A stretch of DNA of 64,000 bases from Eledone cirrhosa (GCA_964016885.1 OZ024747.1:91140001-91204000), one strand, 5' to 3'. Positions 41,525 to 54,692 are shown, counted from the stretch's first letter. Made by a program: numbers and translations. Notes: a model not told the origin generated them from the sequence alone.

Positions 41525-41893
41525 TATATATGTGTGTGTGTGTATTCTTCTGGTTTTAACCTTACAAATGTCTCACCAATGGAGGAAAGAACCACCTTCT
41601 AGCAGAGAAACACAGCTCTTTCGTTGAAATTCAAACAACATTAAGTGGTGGTCGTGAATGTATGCAGCTATATATATGCAAACGCATGCATGTGTGGATC
41701 TGCATATTTTGAATTATATACGTGAATATGTACATATGTCATAACAACACGTATGTATATTCACTTAATACATACTAGGTATTCGAAATGTTTTGCATAT
41801 TTTCCCAGTTCCATTAATAACTTATAGTCATAGTTTCATAATTAGCCGAGTGATTTCTGGATTTTTGAAGCCCATCTCTCAAGGGTAGTTACA

Positions 41894-42093
41894 NNNNNNN
41901 NNNNNNNNNNNNNNNNNNNNNNNNNNNNNNNNNNNNNNNNNNNNNNNNNNNNNNNNNNNNNNNNNNNNNNNNNNNNNNNNNNNNNNNNNNNNNNNNNNNN
42001 NNNNNNNNNNNNNNNNNNNNNNNNNNNNNNNNNNNNNNNNNNNNNNNNNNNNNNNNNNNNNNNNNNNNNNNNNNNNNNNNNNNNNNNNNNNNN
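41894..42093. other. Assembly gap (200 N)
   Basis: Run of N. Confidence 1.
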
Positions 42094-42302
42094 CCTTATC
42101 GTGTTTTTTTTCTTTTTTTCTTTGCTTTTCTCCCCTCACACCATCACCATTCCATATTCCCATGGGAACCCGCTCATTTCACATCCAACCGTCAACTATT
42201 CCCGGGGGTATATTTAAAAGAATTCAACAGTATAAATATTTAGTCCCCATGAGGATATATAACTAGAAAATCTGAGTCGAGTACCGACACTAGTAAAGTC
42301 CT

Positions 42303-42480
42303 CAATCGGTAGATGGTTGGACGCCATGCTTTGAAGCATAGAGTTACGGCACTTTACGGTCTGTGTTCAAATTCCGCCGAGGTTAACTTTGCCTTTCACC
42401 CTTACGGGGGTCCGATAAATAAAGCACCAGTAATGCACTAGGGTAATTGGTGGCCTTGTGCCAAAAGTAGAAACAATTAT
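42303..42480 (+). mobile_element. SINE family A
   Basis: Matches family A. Confidence 0.8.
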
Positions 42481-42810
42481 TATTTTACTCTACGTTTAGA
42501 GCGGTGGATTGTGTGTGTGCGCGTGTGTGTGTGTGCGTGTGATTGTAGACACCTGATCATTTAGGCAGAGCTACCAATAAATAGCCGCTGTTAGCTTAAA
42601 CAAGCGTTAAAAATAAGGAGTGCCTCCCACCGTGAACCTGTCTACAGACACTTAGCTTGAATTTCTTTCTGCCTTTGTTACTCTAAATATAGGTTTTAAA
42701 GAATTCCCTTTTCTTTAAATCCATCAACCAATGACCTCCACCCATCCCAATCACCACCCTCTCCTACTACCAGGAAAATTTATAAATACCACCATATTAC
42801 TTGGACAGTC

Positions 42811-42861
42811 GGCTTCCTGATGATTTCTCCCGAATGAAACAGTTCTAGTCCTGTAGAAGCT
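42811..42861 (+). ncRNA. Type I hammerhead ribozyme
   Basis: ggcttc CTGATGA t-ttc-tccc-gaa-t GAAA cag-ttctagtc-ctg TA gaagct; predicted cleavage after 42855. Confidence 0.85.
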
Positions 42862-43087
42862 ATTTCTATATTAAATATTTATACTCTGCTACGTGTTGAC
42901 TACCTTACTTACTATTGAACCCGGGATAAACCTATATAAAATATAATATATATATAACATAACATAGACTACTCAACCGACATACCGTCCTATGGACGCA
43001 TCCAAGCAACCTTACTACAAATATATATATAATATATATATATATATGTGTGTGTTCTCGGTATGGTGAACTAACTGTTGTGTAACC

Positions 43088-43139
<52 letters not shown>

Positions 43140-43199
43140 TATATATATATATAAATTATAAATTACAGAATAATCAAAACTATGTTCAAAACATTTAAT

Positions 43200-43246
43200 T
43201 GCTGACAATCGTTTCTTCCAAACTTTCGTTTGAAATCATCGGAGCA
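43200..43246 (-). ncRNA. Hammerhead with a CCGAUGA core (inverted pLTR copy)
   Basis: tgct CCGATGA tttcaaac-gaaa-gtttggaa GAAA cgattg TC agca. Confidence 0.75.
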
Positions 43247-43520
43247 CTAGCAAAGTTTAGACATATAATTAACCTCCTATTCCACAGAACAATTGTAAAG
43301 ATACGTAGATATTACTGTTGTCATTAACAGTGTCATATTTAAAGAATGAAGATGATGTGGTCAGTATCAGTGGATGCGACAAAGATTATAAAAGAATAAT
43401 ACAACAATTATAGAGGAATTAAAGAAGAAAGTTACTCGCAAAATGAGGACATTAGAGGTACATAGGCAAATGTATAGAAAGAGTGCAGAGGTATTAGGCA
43501 TGTACAGAATAACCAGGTAA

Positions 43521-44764
43521 AAAAAACACCCTTTCATAAACCAAACGAAAAACTACTTTATATAGATACCAACTCTAACAACCCTAAATCTATATTAAAC
43601 TCAATTACTAAAGGAATATCTAACATAATTTCCACTCTATCATATAATGAAACTATATTTATCAGTAATTCCCAATACTTTAATGAGGCCTTAGCTCGAT
43701 CAGGCCATAAAAATAAAATTAGATTTTTACATATAAAATCACATAGTTACAAAATTATTTCTCACAATATGGCCATGAATAAAAGTAATAAAAGTACTAG
43801 CCACTCTAACTCTAGTACGAAGGGTAATATCAAACTTAACTCGCACCAAAATAAATAGCCCAATAATAATAATATAAACAGAAATGTAAACAATACCTCA
43901 AATAACATTACAAAAAACAAAAATAGAAGAACTAATACATTTTTAAATCCCCCTTTCAATCTAAACGTTTCGACCAACTTGCCTAAGGCTTTCTTCTCCA
44001 TCTTGGAAAAAAACTTCCCAGTCTGCCACAAATACTATAATCTTATTAATAAAAATACCATTAAAATCTCGTATTCTACCACACCTAACATCGCGTACCA
44101 TATAGCTAGTAGTAATAAAAGGAAGATTAATAATTATTTCCAACTAATTAAATCGCAACAGGGAGTGAACTTACATAACAATATAGTACCAGAGAATTCT
44201 AGTAGCAATAATAATAATAGTAATAGCACTAATGAAATTAATAACAATGGGAATGATAATCATCATTACCCTAATGCTATCCATAACACCATGCATCTAC
44301 ACACCCTATTAACTAGCAAGTAAACAACCAAAATAACTGTAATTGTAGAACAAATGGAACTTGCCCCTTAGGAAAAAATTGCTTAATCAAAGACATCATT
44401 TACTCATGCAGTCATTACAAACAACACTTCGAAAACATATATTGGTTCTACTTCGAACTGCTTCAAGACGAGATATAACTCTCATCTTCACACTTTCAAA
44501 AATTGCAATCTAGCCAACTCCACTTGTTTATCTAACTACATACACTCTCTGAAAACTAGGAATAGACCATATACACTTTAATTGGAAGTAATAGATAGGG
44601 CCGTATCGTATAAACCACCGAATAGATTATGGAACCTCTGTCTTCTAGAAACTCGCACTATAATCTATTCTAAGCTAAACCTTTTAAATAGAAAATCAGA
44701 AATGTTTTCCATGTGCCAACACTACCACCGACACTCTTTCCGCAACTTCAAACCTAGCTGCTAG
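43521..44764 (+). pseudogene. Penelope RT C-terminus plus GIY-YIG endonuclease, disrupted
   Basis: PFHKPNEKLLYIDTNSNNPK; FFSILEKNFP..INKNTIKISYS; CNC..CPL..CL; YIGSTSNCFKTRYNSH; LLNRKSEMFSMCQH. Confidence 0.9.
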
Positions 44765-45854
44765 TATATAACAATGTCAGATCTGGATTCCTCACCACCG
44801 TTAACACTTTACCTCTAGGTTTTATCAGCATATAATTACCACCACAGCATCACATTCTAAGATCAGCTCATTCCTCCACTTATCTCCTGTTTATCTCAGA
44901 TCTTATACTCTGCAATAACTAGTGGGAATAAACATAAAGTTACCACCATTTAATATAACTACAATATCTTCCTTACTAATATTTCTTTCATTTAATTAAT
45001 ATATGGATAGGTAGTGATGAAATGAGACCTTTAAAATATTATATAGAAAAAAGATTGTATATAAATTAAATATATCATTTAAAAATAAATAGCATTATAT
45101 AAAAGTATTCACTTATAACATAATATATTGTATATTAACACAGAATTTAACTAATTGGAGTTGTAAACAACTATATATTTTTCTCTTATACACTAATTAA
45201 TCGCCAATTACCTCCCCTTTCCCATTAGCTTCCCTTAGTGTAGATCTCTAATCACTTTCTGAAATTAAACCGTTAGACAGATCACTGCAGAACAACTCGA
45301 ACCCTTGATAAGATTGTAATAGGACCAATATACAATCCATAGTTGTAGCTCCTGATAAACATTTACTAAAATATAATGGAAAGGAAAACCTTGATATTAA
45401 TACTCACAACATTTGAACATTACCGGAACAATTATCACATTGCATCCACCATAAACTTCATAGGAACTGCTTTTCATACCCAAGCACCTCTGTCTGCTTA
45501 ATATGCTTTTATACCTGTATTGTATTATGTGATACCTTTTCCATACTGTGATATATATGCTTAGTACCATTGCTTGTTTCTTACCTGGTTATTCTGTACA
45601 TGCCTAATACCTCTGCACCCTTTCTATACATTTGCCTATGTATCTCTAATGTCCTCATTTTGCGAGTAACTTTCTTCTTTAATTCCTCTATAATTGTTGT
45701 ATTATTCTTTTATAATCTTTGTCGCATCCACTGATACTGACCACATCATCTTCATTCTTTAAATATGACACTGTTAATGACAACAGTAATATCTACGTAT
45801 CTTTACAATTGTTCTGTGGAATAGGAGGTTAATTATATGTCTAAACTTTGCTAG

Positions 45855-45900
45855 TGCTCCGATGATTCAAACGAAAGTTTGGAAGAAACGATTGTCAGCA
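45855..45900 (+). ncRNA. Hammerhead with a CCGAUGA core (3' pLTR)
   Basis: tgct CCGATGA ttcaaac-gaaa-gtttggaa GAAA cgattg TC agca. Confidence 0.75.
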
Positions 45901-46064
45901 ATTAAATGTTTTGAACATAGTTTTGATTATTCTGTAATTTATATTCCGGCTCTGTAAAACATCTCATATATTTACATTGAGCTATTTTTCTTACTGGTAA
46001 TAAGGTGGTAATGAATTACAGACCTTTCCTGTTTATAATTATATATAGTGTATATATAAGTATA

Positions 46065-46099
<35 letters not shown>

Positions 46100-46100
<1 letters not shown>

Positions 46101-46422
46101 TGCACGAGAGTGCAAGAGAAGGAGAGGGAGAAAATTAACCGATACCAGGACCTAAAGTGGGAGGTGAAAAGGATTTGGAACTGCCATGAGGTCAAAGTGA
46201 TCCCGATTGTCATAGGCGCACTGGGGACTATCTCCAAAGGTTTCCAGGGATGGTTAAAGAAAATCGGCCCCTTCACGCTTTTTGGAACGCTTCAAAAGGC
46301 ATGCTTGCTTGGAACAGCAAGAACCCTCCGATACGTCCTGAATATCTGAGGCTGCAGGTAGTGGCTTGATATTCAATCCAACGGACTTTCCAGTTAACCA
46401 ACATCAATGACTGAGATTCAAG

Positions 46423-46424
<2 letters not shown>
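46100..46424 (+). mobile_element. 3' end of a Dong/R4-clade LINE inserted in (AAT)n
   Basis: KEREKINRYQDLKWEVKRIW..VIPIVIGALG..LQKACLLGTARTLR, an RLE C-terminus, flanked by (AAT)n on both sides. Confidence 0.85.
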
Positions 46425-46489
<65 letters not shown>

Positions 46490-46508
46490 TATTATTATTA
46501 TTATTATT

Positions 46509-47379
46509 GTGGAGGGGAAGAGCGACGACGTACTTGGGGAAACTCTAGGCGTCGACGAAAATCAACTAGCCAATCTCTTCGGAAGAACTTTCGGGCCAGG
46601 GCCTATGGACAACTTCCAGAAATCTCTGGCCTGGCAGTGCTACCGAGGAGCCTTGCCAGTTCGGGATAAACTCTACAGGCATGGAGGTGCCGTCAGCCGG
46701 GCATGTCCGAGATGCGCGCAGGGCGACGAAACCGTCCTGCACGCACTCGTCCAGTGTCCGAAAATTGCTGACTTGTGGGTTTATGTCGAACACCTGCTGT
46801 CGCGTTTAGGACGGATCCGGCTATCATCTGAGTCCATCGTGAGGATTGCCCCGCCCTCCTCCTTTAGCCGGGAAGGGCAGGCAGTTTTTATCTGTCTGGT
46901 GGCCATGGCGAAAGAGATAGTATGGTGGACACGTTTGAAAGGGCTGAAGACGAGCACTTGCCTCTTCGGTGATGCTCTGATTGACTTTTTCAAATTTCAT
47001 TTGAAAAGGAAAATCAGAGTAGAGAGGGAAGTGCTCTCTTCCCAGCATTTTGTTGAAAGATGGGTGAGAGAAGCAAGATTGGCCCGAGTGAATGGGCCTA
47101 CTCTGAGTATATATCTGTAAATTAAAGGTGGAAAACTGGGAGAGGGCACTTGCCTTGGTGGTCAGGGTCATTGTGGCTTTTTACTGGGCTTTCTCCACAA
47201 ATGTCCCTCCGAAGTCTCCCCCCTATTGGGGAATTTTTCATTGTTATTTTCATTGTTATTTTTGTTACATCCTCTGTTTTTTTTTTTTACACGCAGAAAT
47301 GCCCATTTGTACCGTCCTGCATTGTCCTGCACTGTCCTTAATGTCTACTTTATGTAAACCCTTGTGGTTAATAAAGAAA

Positions 47380-47381
<2 letters not shown>
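46509..47381 (+). mobile_element. 3' fragment of an L1/Tx1-clade LINE, related to 27737-29411
   Basis: GPMDNFQKSLAWQCYRGALPVRDKL..CPRC..ETVLHALVQC; stop at 47120; flanked by (ATT)n. Confidence 0.9.
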
Positions 47382-47416
<35 letters not shown>

Positions 47417-47913
47417 ATAGAAAAAGTGGAGAATAACATGGTCAACAGTACAAAAAATCTTTCTATATCTTTATTATTAATATTATTATTGATGATGTAA
47501 TTCGAATTTGTAATTTTGCCGGTTACATATATATTTTTTTAACGGTTTCTGAAGATCTAATAGAGTTAACATCGTATTTGAAATTGAGTGGCACTGCTTT
47601 CTGTGTTCAGTAATTTTTAGACATCTCTATCAGTGACACAATTGTTAGACTGCAAATAAATCCCCTTTTTTGTACTGTTGACCATCTTATTCTCCACTTT
47701 TTCAATTTTATTACTCCAAGTTAAACTTACATAGGAATACAAGTGAAATCATAAACTCGTCATCTACGAAAACCTCTTGTTGAGTCAAGCAACGCCGTAG
47801 GCTAAAAAAACTATCAATAATAATAAGTATTCACAACCTTTAATTGGATTACCTATAACGATATTTTGTTATCCTTTATATATATATAATCCTATTTCAT
47901 ATATATATATATA

Positions 47914-48048
47914 TAACGAAGGAGTTGTGATAAGGAACCAGATGGACCATAACGTACCAGAGTAATCAATACTTAGGGTAGTAGAATGGGTAATAGGAAA
48001 ATGTATGACCGTCGAAACGGCTTGAGCTCTGCCGTCGGGGTCAGACAT

Positions 48049-48050
<2 letters not shown>
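47914..48050 (-). mobile_element. Family H fold-back element
   Basis: Body plus inverted GAAA cggc-ttgagctct-gccg TC. Confidence 0.8.
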
Positions 48051-48121
<71 letters not shown>

Positions 48122-48289
48122 GGTGTCCAGAAGCTTAGATATTTGTAGCAGATGAAACAATCTACCTGACAAGAAAGCTGCCAATAAAGCAACATAGAAT
48201 TATGGAGATTTCGGAGCTCACTTGCATCAGACAGACTGAAATAGCACACCCGTAGGGTGAAGGTGGGGGTAATAGTAACGCTATAAATA

Positions 48290-48590
48290 TTGTAAGTAGT
48301 AGTAGTAGCAACAGCATAAGGAGTAGTGGTGGTAGCATGAGTAGTAGTAGTAGCAGTAGTAGTACTAGTAGTACTAGCAGGAGTAACAGAAGTAGTAGTA
48401 GCATCATCAGCAGTAGTAGTAATAGCAGCGGCAGTAGTAGTAGTAGCAGCGGCAGTAGTAGTAGTTACAACAACAGCAGTAGTAGTAGCAGTATTATTAG
48501 CAGTAGCAACAGTAGTAGTAGTATCAGTAGTAGTACCAGTATTAGTAGCAGTTGTAATAGTAGTATCAGTAGAAGTAGTAGCAGCAGTAA
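48290..48590. repeat. (AGT/AGC)n array
   Basis: Read directly. Confidence 0.9.
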
Positions 48591-48595
48591 TGGAT

Positions 48596-48935
48596 AATTG
48601 TTTCTACTTTTAGCACAAGGCCAGCAATTAACTCAGTGTATTACTGGTACTTTATTTTATCGACCCCGTAAGGTTGAAAGGCAAAATTAACCTCAGCGGG
48701 GTAAGGGTCACGTTAGAGCTAGTTAACGTAGTAATTGTAGTAATAATAGTAAAAATTGTACTAGTGGAACATTTTAGTGATTATTGTTTCTACTTTTGGC
48801 ACAAGGCCAGCAATAACACAGTACATTACTGGTACTTTATTTTATCGAGTCCGTAAGGATGAAAGGTTAAGTTAACCTCGACGGGATTTGAACTCAGGCT
48901 GTAAAGGGCCGTAACTCTAAGGATGAAAGGCAAAG
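48596..48935 (-). mobile_element. Two partial SINE family A copies
   Basis: 48596-48702 and 48783-48935. Confidence 0.8.
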
Positions 48936-48959
48936 AGTGATAATGTTAGTGATGTAGTT

Positions 48960-49250
48960 TTTGGTAGTGATGATGGCGGTGTTGTAGTGATAATATTAGT
49001 GATGTAGTTGTTGGTAGTGATGATGGTGGTGGTGAGGAATTGGTGGAGGTATAGTTATGATGGTGTTGGTAATATTGATGATGGCGGTGTGTAGTGATGA
49101 TGATGGTGGTGGTGAGGAATTGGTGGAGGTATAGTTATGATGGTGTTGGTAATATTGATGATGGCGGTGTTGTAGTGATGATGATGGTGGTGGTGGGGAA
49201 TTGGTGGAGGTATAGTTATGATGGTGTGGGTGATATGATGGCGGTGTTGT
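48960..49250. repeat. GGT/GAT-rich tandem repeat of about 80 bp (about 3 units)
   Basis: GAATTGGTGGAGGTATAGTTATGATGGTG is repeated. Confidence 0.8.
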
Positions 49251-49347
49251 TAGCAATATGATCGTAGTTTGACAACGATAGTGTTATTGCTAATGTGGAC
49301 AATAGTGTTGGCTATGGTGGCGATATTAATGATGGTAGTGTTAATAG

Positions 49348-49533
49348 AGTTTCTACTTTTGGCACAAGGCCAGCGATTACCCCAGTGCACCACTGGTACT
49401 TTATTTTATCGACCCCGTAAGGATGAAAGGCAAAGTTAACCTCGGCAGATTTGAACTCAGAACGCAAAGGCCTATAACTATACTGTAAAGTATAGTATCT
49501 GACGCTCTACCGATGCTGCCAAATCACCGCCCT
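49348..49533 (-). mobile_element. SINE family A
   Basis: Full reverse match. Confidence 0.85.
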
Positions 49534-49775
49534 AGTGTTTGGGTAGTGTTAATAGACGTGATTGTAATGGTAGTTATGGTGAAGGAGTTAGTTAGATAGA
49601 TAGAGGAATTTAAGTAAGCAGAACTATCTAATGTAACAAAGAAACCCCGCTAGACAAAAACAATAATGTTGTAAAGATGGGCTATGGTATTGACAACAAA
49701 TATGATCTAACAGACAATATCTGTTGGATATACAACATAATATTGCTGAAGTAACTATCGTATATACAATGCTAG

Positions 49776-49823
<48 letters not shown>

Positions 49824-49921
49824 CAACAGTAGCAACCACAGTATCTGTAATTCAACTGTATCATGCTGTATCTTCCTGATAAGTACCTTATGAATGCACA
49901 TATAATATGTATATATATATA

Positions 49922-50217
49922 TAAAGCACCGTCCAGTCCACACTTTAAAGTGTTTGTGTAGGTGTCATGACAAAAAGCACGCAGTCGACACTGTTAAGTG
50001 GTCGTGTAGGTGTCAAGAAAAAAGCACCCAGTCGACACTGTTAAGTGGTCGTGTAGGTGTCATTACAAAAAGCACCCAGCACACACTGTAAAGTAGTTGT
50101 GTATGTGACACGACAAAAAGCACCCAGTCCACACTGTAAAGTGGTTGTGTAGGTGACATGACAAAAAAGCACCCAGCACACACTGTAAATGTGGTTGGCC
50201 TTAGCAAGGGCATCCAG

Positions 50218-50220
<3 letters not shown>
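49922..50220 (+). repeat. Tandem array of a unit of about 48 bp (6 units), probably SINE-derived
   Basis: AAAAGCACCCAG..CACTGTAAAGTGGTTGTGTAGGTG repeats, ending in GGCCTTAGCAAGGGCATCCAG. Confidence 0.75.
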
Positions 50221-50293
<73 letters not shown>

Positions 50294-50848
50294 GCGCGCG
50301 CGTATTTATGTATATATATATATATATATATAGCATTTACGTTATTTTGATTACCTAAGGATAGAATTGGTGGCTCTGGGTGGTAAACTATGATATAACA
50401 AATGAATCAAAGCACTCAGCATTATGCAAGTCAACCATCATAGATGTGGTATCCAGGGATTGGTGCAGAAACGGAGTTTCGTATTTATAAAACAACATAA
50501 GGTCGAACTGGAAGATATACTTTAAAATTTTAATTCCGTGAAATCACTGTACACATTTCGATGATCCAGCTCCATCATCTAATTATGAAGCGAAACAAGA
50601 CGATTCCATCAGATAACTTCGACAGAATTACATAACAGGGTTACGTTGAACCCAAACATCTAATTGAAGAATTTCCCATTCTCTTTTCCCTTCAATTATA
50701 TGTTTGGGTTCAGCATAAGGCTTAATATGTGGAGTGTATAGGCTGCAGGAGTATTTTTAAGAATTAACAATAAGTCGGTTATATAAAAGTAAATGAGCAA
50801 ATGACTGTTGATGTGTTTTTACATATTTTGGACACACTGTGTGTGTGC

Positions 50849-50909
<61 letters not shown>

Positions 50910-50918
<9 letters not shown>

Positions 50919-51176
50919 AATGAATAATAACAGGTAGACATCATAAAAAGGTAATTTATTCCGTGTGCTTACACTGTATCATCAGAGCAGAAAATCATTT
51001 TGATTTTCTGCTCTGAGGATACAGTGGTCACAGCATTGGATATTTGAGTTCTGCAAATAGTTGTAAATTTGCACATAGCATAACTAGGCTGTACTAACAC
51101 CGTGGAAACATTTGTAAGCACACGGAATAAATTACCTTTTTATGATGTCTACCTGTTATTATTCATTCTTTATATA
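50910..51176. mobile_element. Fold-back HHR element next to (TA)n
   Basis: 50910-50973 mirrors 51113-51176, and 50971-50997 mirrors 51001-51026. Confidence 0.8.
51009..51120 (+). ncRNA. Type I hammerhead with an 85-nt branched stem II
   Basis: tgct CTGAGGA tacagtg...caccgtg GAAA catttg TA agca. Confidence 0.75.
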
Positions 51177-51334
51177 CACTCCAGAATACAGAAGGATCAG
51201 GAACTAGGTTTCTTCAACAATTCTTCCATAACTCGTAGTGTAACCTCTCACCGTACGTCAACCATATCCAGTGTAGTAATTAACCATTACTGCATCATTA
51301 CCACACACACATATGCAAACAAACACCCGTTACG

Positions 51335-51503
51335 CTGGATTGGCAATATCGGTAGAGGGTCGGTTGCCATCCTTTGTATCATAGAGTTACGGCCCTTTAT
51401 GGGCTGAGTTCAAATCCCGCCCATCCTTACGTGGTCGATAAAATAAAGCACCAGTTCTGCACTGGGGTAATTGCTGGCCTTGTGCCAAAAGTAGGAACAA
51501 TTA
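51335..51503 (+). mobile_element. SINE family A with an internal deletion
   Basis: Matches the head and 3' end. Confidence 0.8.
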
Positions 51504-51772
51504 TTATCGTATATGGCTTTAGCTTGTAACTCTTCTTGTCTCTTACATACCGAAGAACGTCACCGGAAGTTGGACATTCTTGGAGATCTCCTGTCACTTC
51601 CATCACTTCCGTACGAACCGGGATTTTCTGTCGACCTATTACGAAAAACCAGGTAAGTGAAGATCGGTCCTTTAGTCTCATATTCAATGTTGCTGCAATG
51701 TCTTACTAATGAATTACATTTTTTGCTTTTTATCTACGCTGCGCCAAGTATATATTGTGTGTATATTATATA

Positions 51773-51882
51773 TACAGGGTGTCCCCCCCCCAAAAAAAAT
51801 ATATACACGCTTCAACAGTATCCTAATAAATATTGCCTGTTCACGTAATCAAAATGTGTATACATTTTTGGGGACAACCTAT
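51773..51882. mobile_element. Tc1/mariner-type MITE
   Basis: TA|CAGGGTGTCCCC..AAAAA ... TTTTTGGGGACAACCTA|TA. Confidence 0.65.
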
Positions 51883-52016
51883 ATATATATATGCGCACAC
51901 ATATGTATATATATATATATAATATATATATATAATATATATATATATAATATATATATGTATGCAAAAAAATGTATACACACTTCAACAGAATTCTAAT
52001 AAATATGTGTGTGTAC

Positions 52017-52053
<37 letters not shown>

Positions 52054-53512
52054 ATCAGGCATAAGAAGACAATTATCTGAAAGCAAACTGGTGAAAACAT
52101 ATAAGGATAGTTAGTTGAACTTATTTGAGTGGTTATTTTTACTTTTCCCAAGTTAAAAAGAAAACGTCGTTGTCATTTATTACAATATATGTATATAATA
52201 TTACACGTGTCAATTTTTTTAAAGAGCTTGATTAGTTTTATACACCTTTTGTCTGTATCTATTTTATATGCATAATTGGAAATATATATTCATTTCTTGT
52301 TTTGCACATTAATCAATTTCTTTGAATTTTAAAGTTTTATTAGAAATTTTTAGCATTAAACTATTTTTTCTGCTGTAATACTTTTTAGATATTTTAATGA
52401 TAACCTTAGTATAGTCTTTGATTTTAGTAAATAATATTTGGTATAGTTAATATGTATATTTTTTCTCATAGGTGACTTTTTCTCAATAAATAACACGGAT
52501 TTATTACACTTGATGTCTTTTTTATAACAAAATTTTATTAAATAATGAATTATTGAGCTATATAAGCAAACAAGCAAAATATGAACGTTCAAGTTGGATT
52601 TAAAAAATAAATTAAGAGATCAAAGAGGTATATTTTGAGGAAAGGACAATGTTGTTTACTATTTATTTCACAAAAAACAATTTTTTAAATAATTTACAAA
52701 CAAACAATTATGATTTGAAATGAAGGTTTAATTTCATGTATTTTCTGGTCTTGTTCCGGCATGGTCATAAGCATTTAATAAGAATTTATGAAAAGGTCGA
52801 GTTTGATGCTATATTTTCCATTAAAATTTTTTTCTAGGTTTGCTTCGAAGTTGGTTTTCAGTTTGTGACATTAGTTCATCCTAATGTTTTACTCGTTAAA
52901 ACCTTGTTGAGTGCATGACACTCCAGCTTGTCGAATTTCTTTTTGTGGAAGTGGATACTGTAAAATATATCAGACATGCTATCTATATATTCTTTTACTG
53001 CTTCAATTAGTCGATCACATCGATACCAACACTTATTTTGTAAAAATCTGGTACTCATTTTATCAATCTCAGTTTGGTGAACCGCTAATTTACGGGGGCG
53101 TAATCAAATCCTTATATGACATGTTCTTGTGGTCAAAACATTGTATGATGTAACCCGTAGATATCCTGATGATAAGAATATAAACAAATTTACAACAATG
53201 AGAAATGACGGATATTTATATGAAAGTATACGGAAAGAATATTTGTGTGAAGATATTAGTGAAATATAATCATAACAGAACGAGCATAATAGTCTGGGAC
53301 AGAGAAGAAGAATAGTGTATTGCGAATGTAAACATGTCGTGAAAGGTTGCAGATAAAACTAAACAAAAAGGTATCCAACAAACAAAAACATACACATGCA
53401 CACAAAAAATCGATGTTGAAGTAATGAGGAATTTGCTGGTTATTCCATAAAATTAGGTTTATACTTGTAATTATTCGGGGCGCTTTGTTATGTAACGAAA
53501 TGCCTCACTATC

Positions 53513-54363
53513 AATTCTGAGAAATGGAGCTCCACAAAACACTTCAAATGTCTTCTGTGCACACCAACGCATATCTGATGAGATATCGGAGCGGATTTTG
53601 GCCCCAACCATTATGATCGAACTCTGAGGTAATCGATATAAAGGCAATTGTCATGTGCAATAAAGTTCATTTATGGCACAACATTGACTTGTCTCTCTTA
53701 TATATATATAATTGACTGATGAATAGCTTATGTTAATTTTAACCCTTCTGTTGACAACTCTATTCGATTTGTGATGTTTTTGCATTCTTGCAAAAATATA
53801 CACAACTGAATTTATTCGCCTCATATAGGGGCTGCCTCCCTTGCCGATCCCCACGTGGAGTCAGCAATAGTCAGTCCTTGTATTAACATTGAACTAAAAC
53901 CTGTTGAGAAAGTGGCTTCCTTGTTCAATCATCTTACCAGAAGCGTGACATTATTTATGTAAGCGGACGGTACTTGATTTAGGAGCCGCAGAAACCCAAA
54001 GACTGGATTTTACCAGCCTTCCAGGGGTCCGGGTAAATTTTCAATACCCGAATTACTTGATCGTTTTTTTGGGGGGCTATGTGAATGATTGTTTAACCAT
54101 CGTCTCAGTGTGTTTGGCGTTTAACGTTTGTTATAGCTCTGGTTCATCTGAACCATTGAACACTTGCCTCACGTCTCGGAGGTTGTTTTTCGTTATTTCG
54201 TGGGCCGAAATGCGAATCTCGATAATTTATGTTTATATATATATATAACGAAGGAGGTGTGGTAAGGAACCAGATGGACCATAACGCACCAGAGTACTTA
54301 ATACTTAGGGTAGTAGCGTGGGTAATAGGAAAACGTTTAACCCCGACGGGGTTAAACATTTTC

Positions 54364-54419
<56 letters not shown>

Positions 54420-54551
54420 CCTTTATATCGATTACCCCGGAGTTCGATCATAATGGTTGGGGCCAAAATCCGCACCGATATCTCATCAGATATGCGTTGG
54501 TGGGCACAGAAGACATTTAAAGGGTTTTGTGGAGCTCCATTTCTCAGAATT
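53513..54551. repeat. 136-bp inverted repeat (53513-53648 and 54416-54551) with an HHR-like core, enclosing a family H copy
   Basis: The arms are reverse complements with a few substitutions; at CTGATGA gat...atc GAA ctccgggg TA at. Confidence 0.75.
54246..54365 (-). mobile_element. Family H element with a short hairpin end
   Basis: Body plus GGAAAACGTTTAACCCC-GAC-GGGGTTAAACATTTTCC. Confidence 0.8.
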
Positions 54552-54616
54552 AATAGTTTCAGAAGATCTTGTTAAGGGTGAAAGCAGCGATTCTTTGCTT
54601 AAACTTTAATCTGTTA

Positions 54617-54692
<76 letters not shown>

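Larger units (their letters stand above)
43157..45985 (+). mobile_element. 5'-truncated Penelope-like element with an inverted pLTR of about 363 bp (arms 43157-43520 and 45581-45943)
   Basis: RT C-terminus and GIY-YIG remnant, inverted arms, and an HHR in each arm. Confidence 0.9.
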
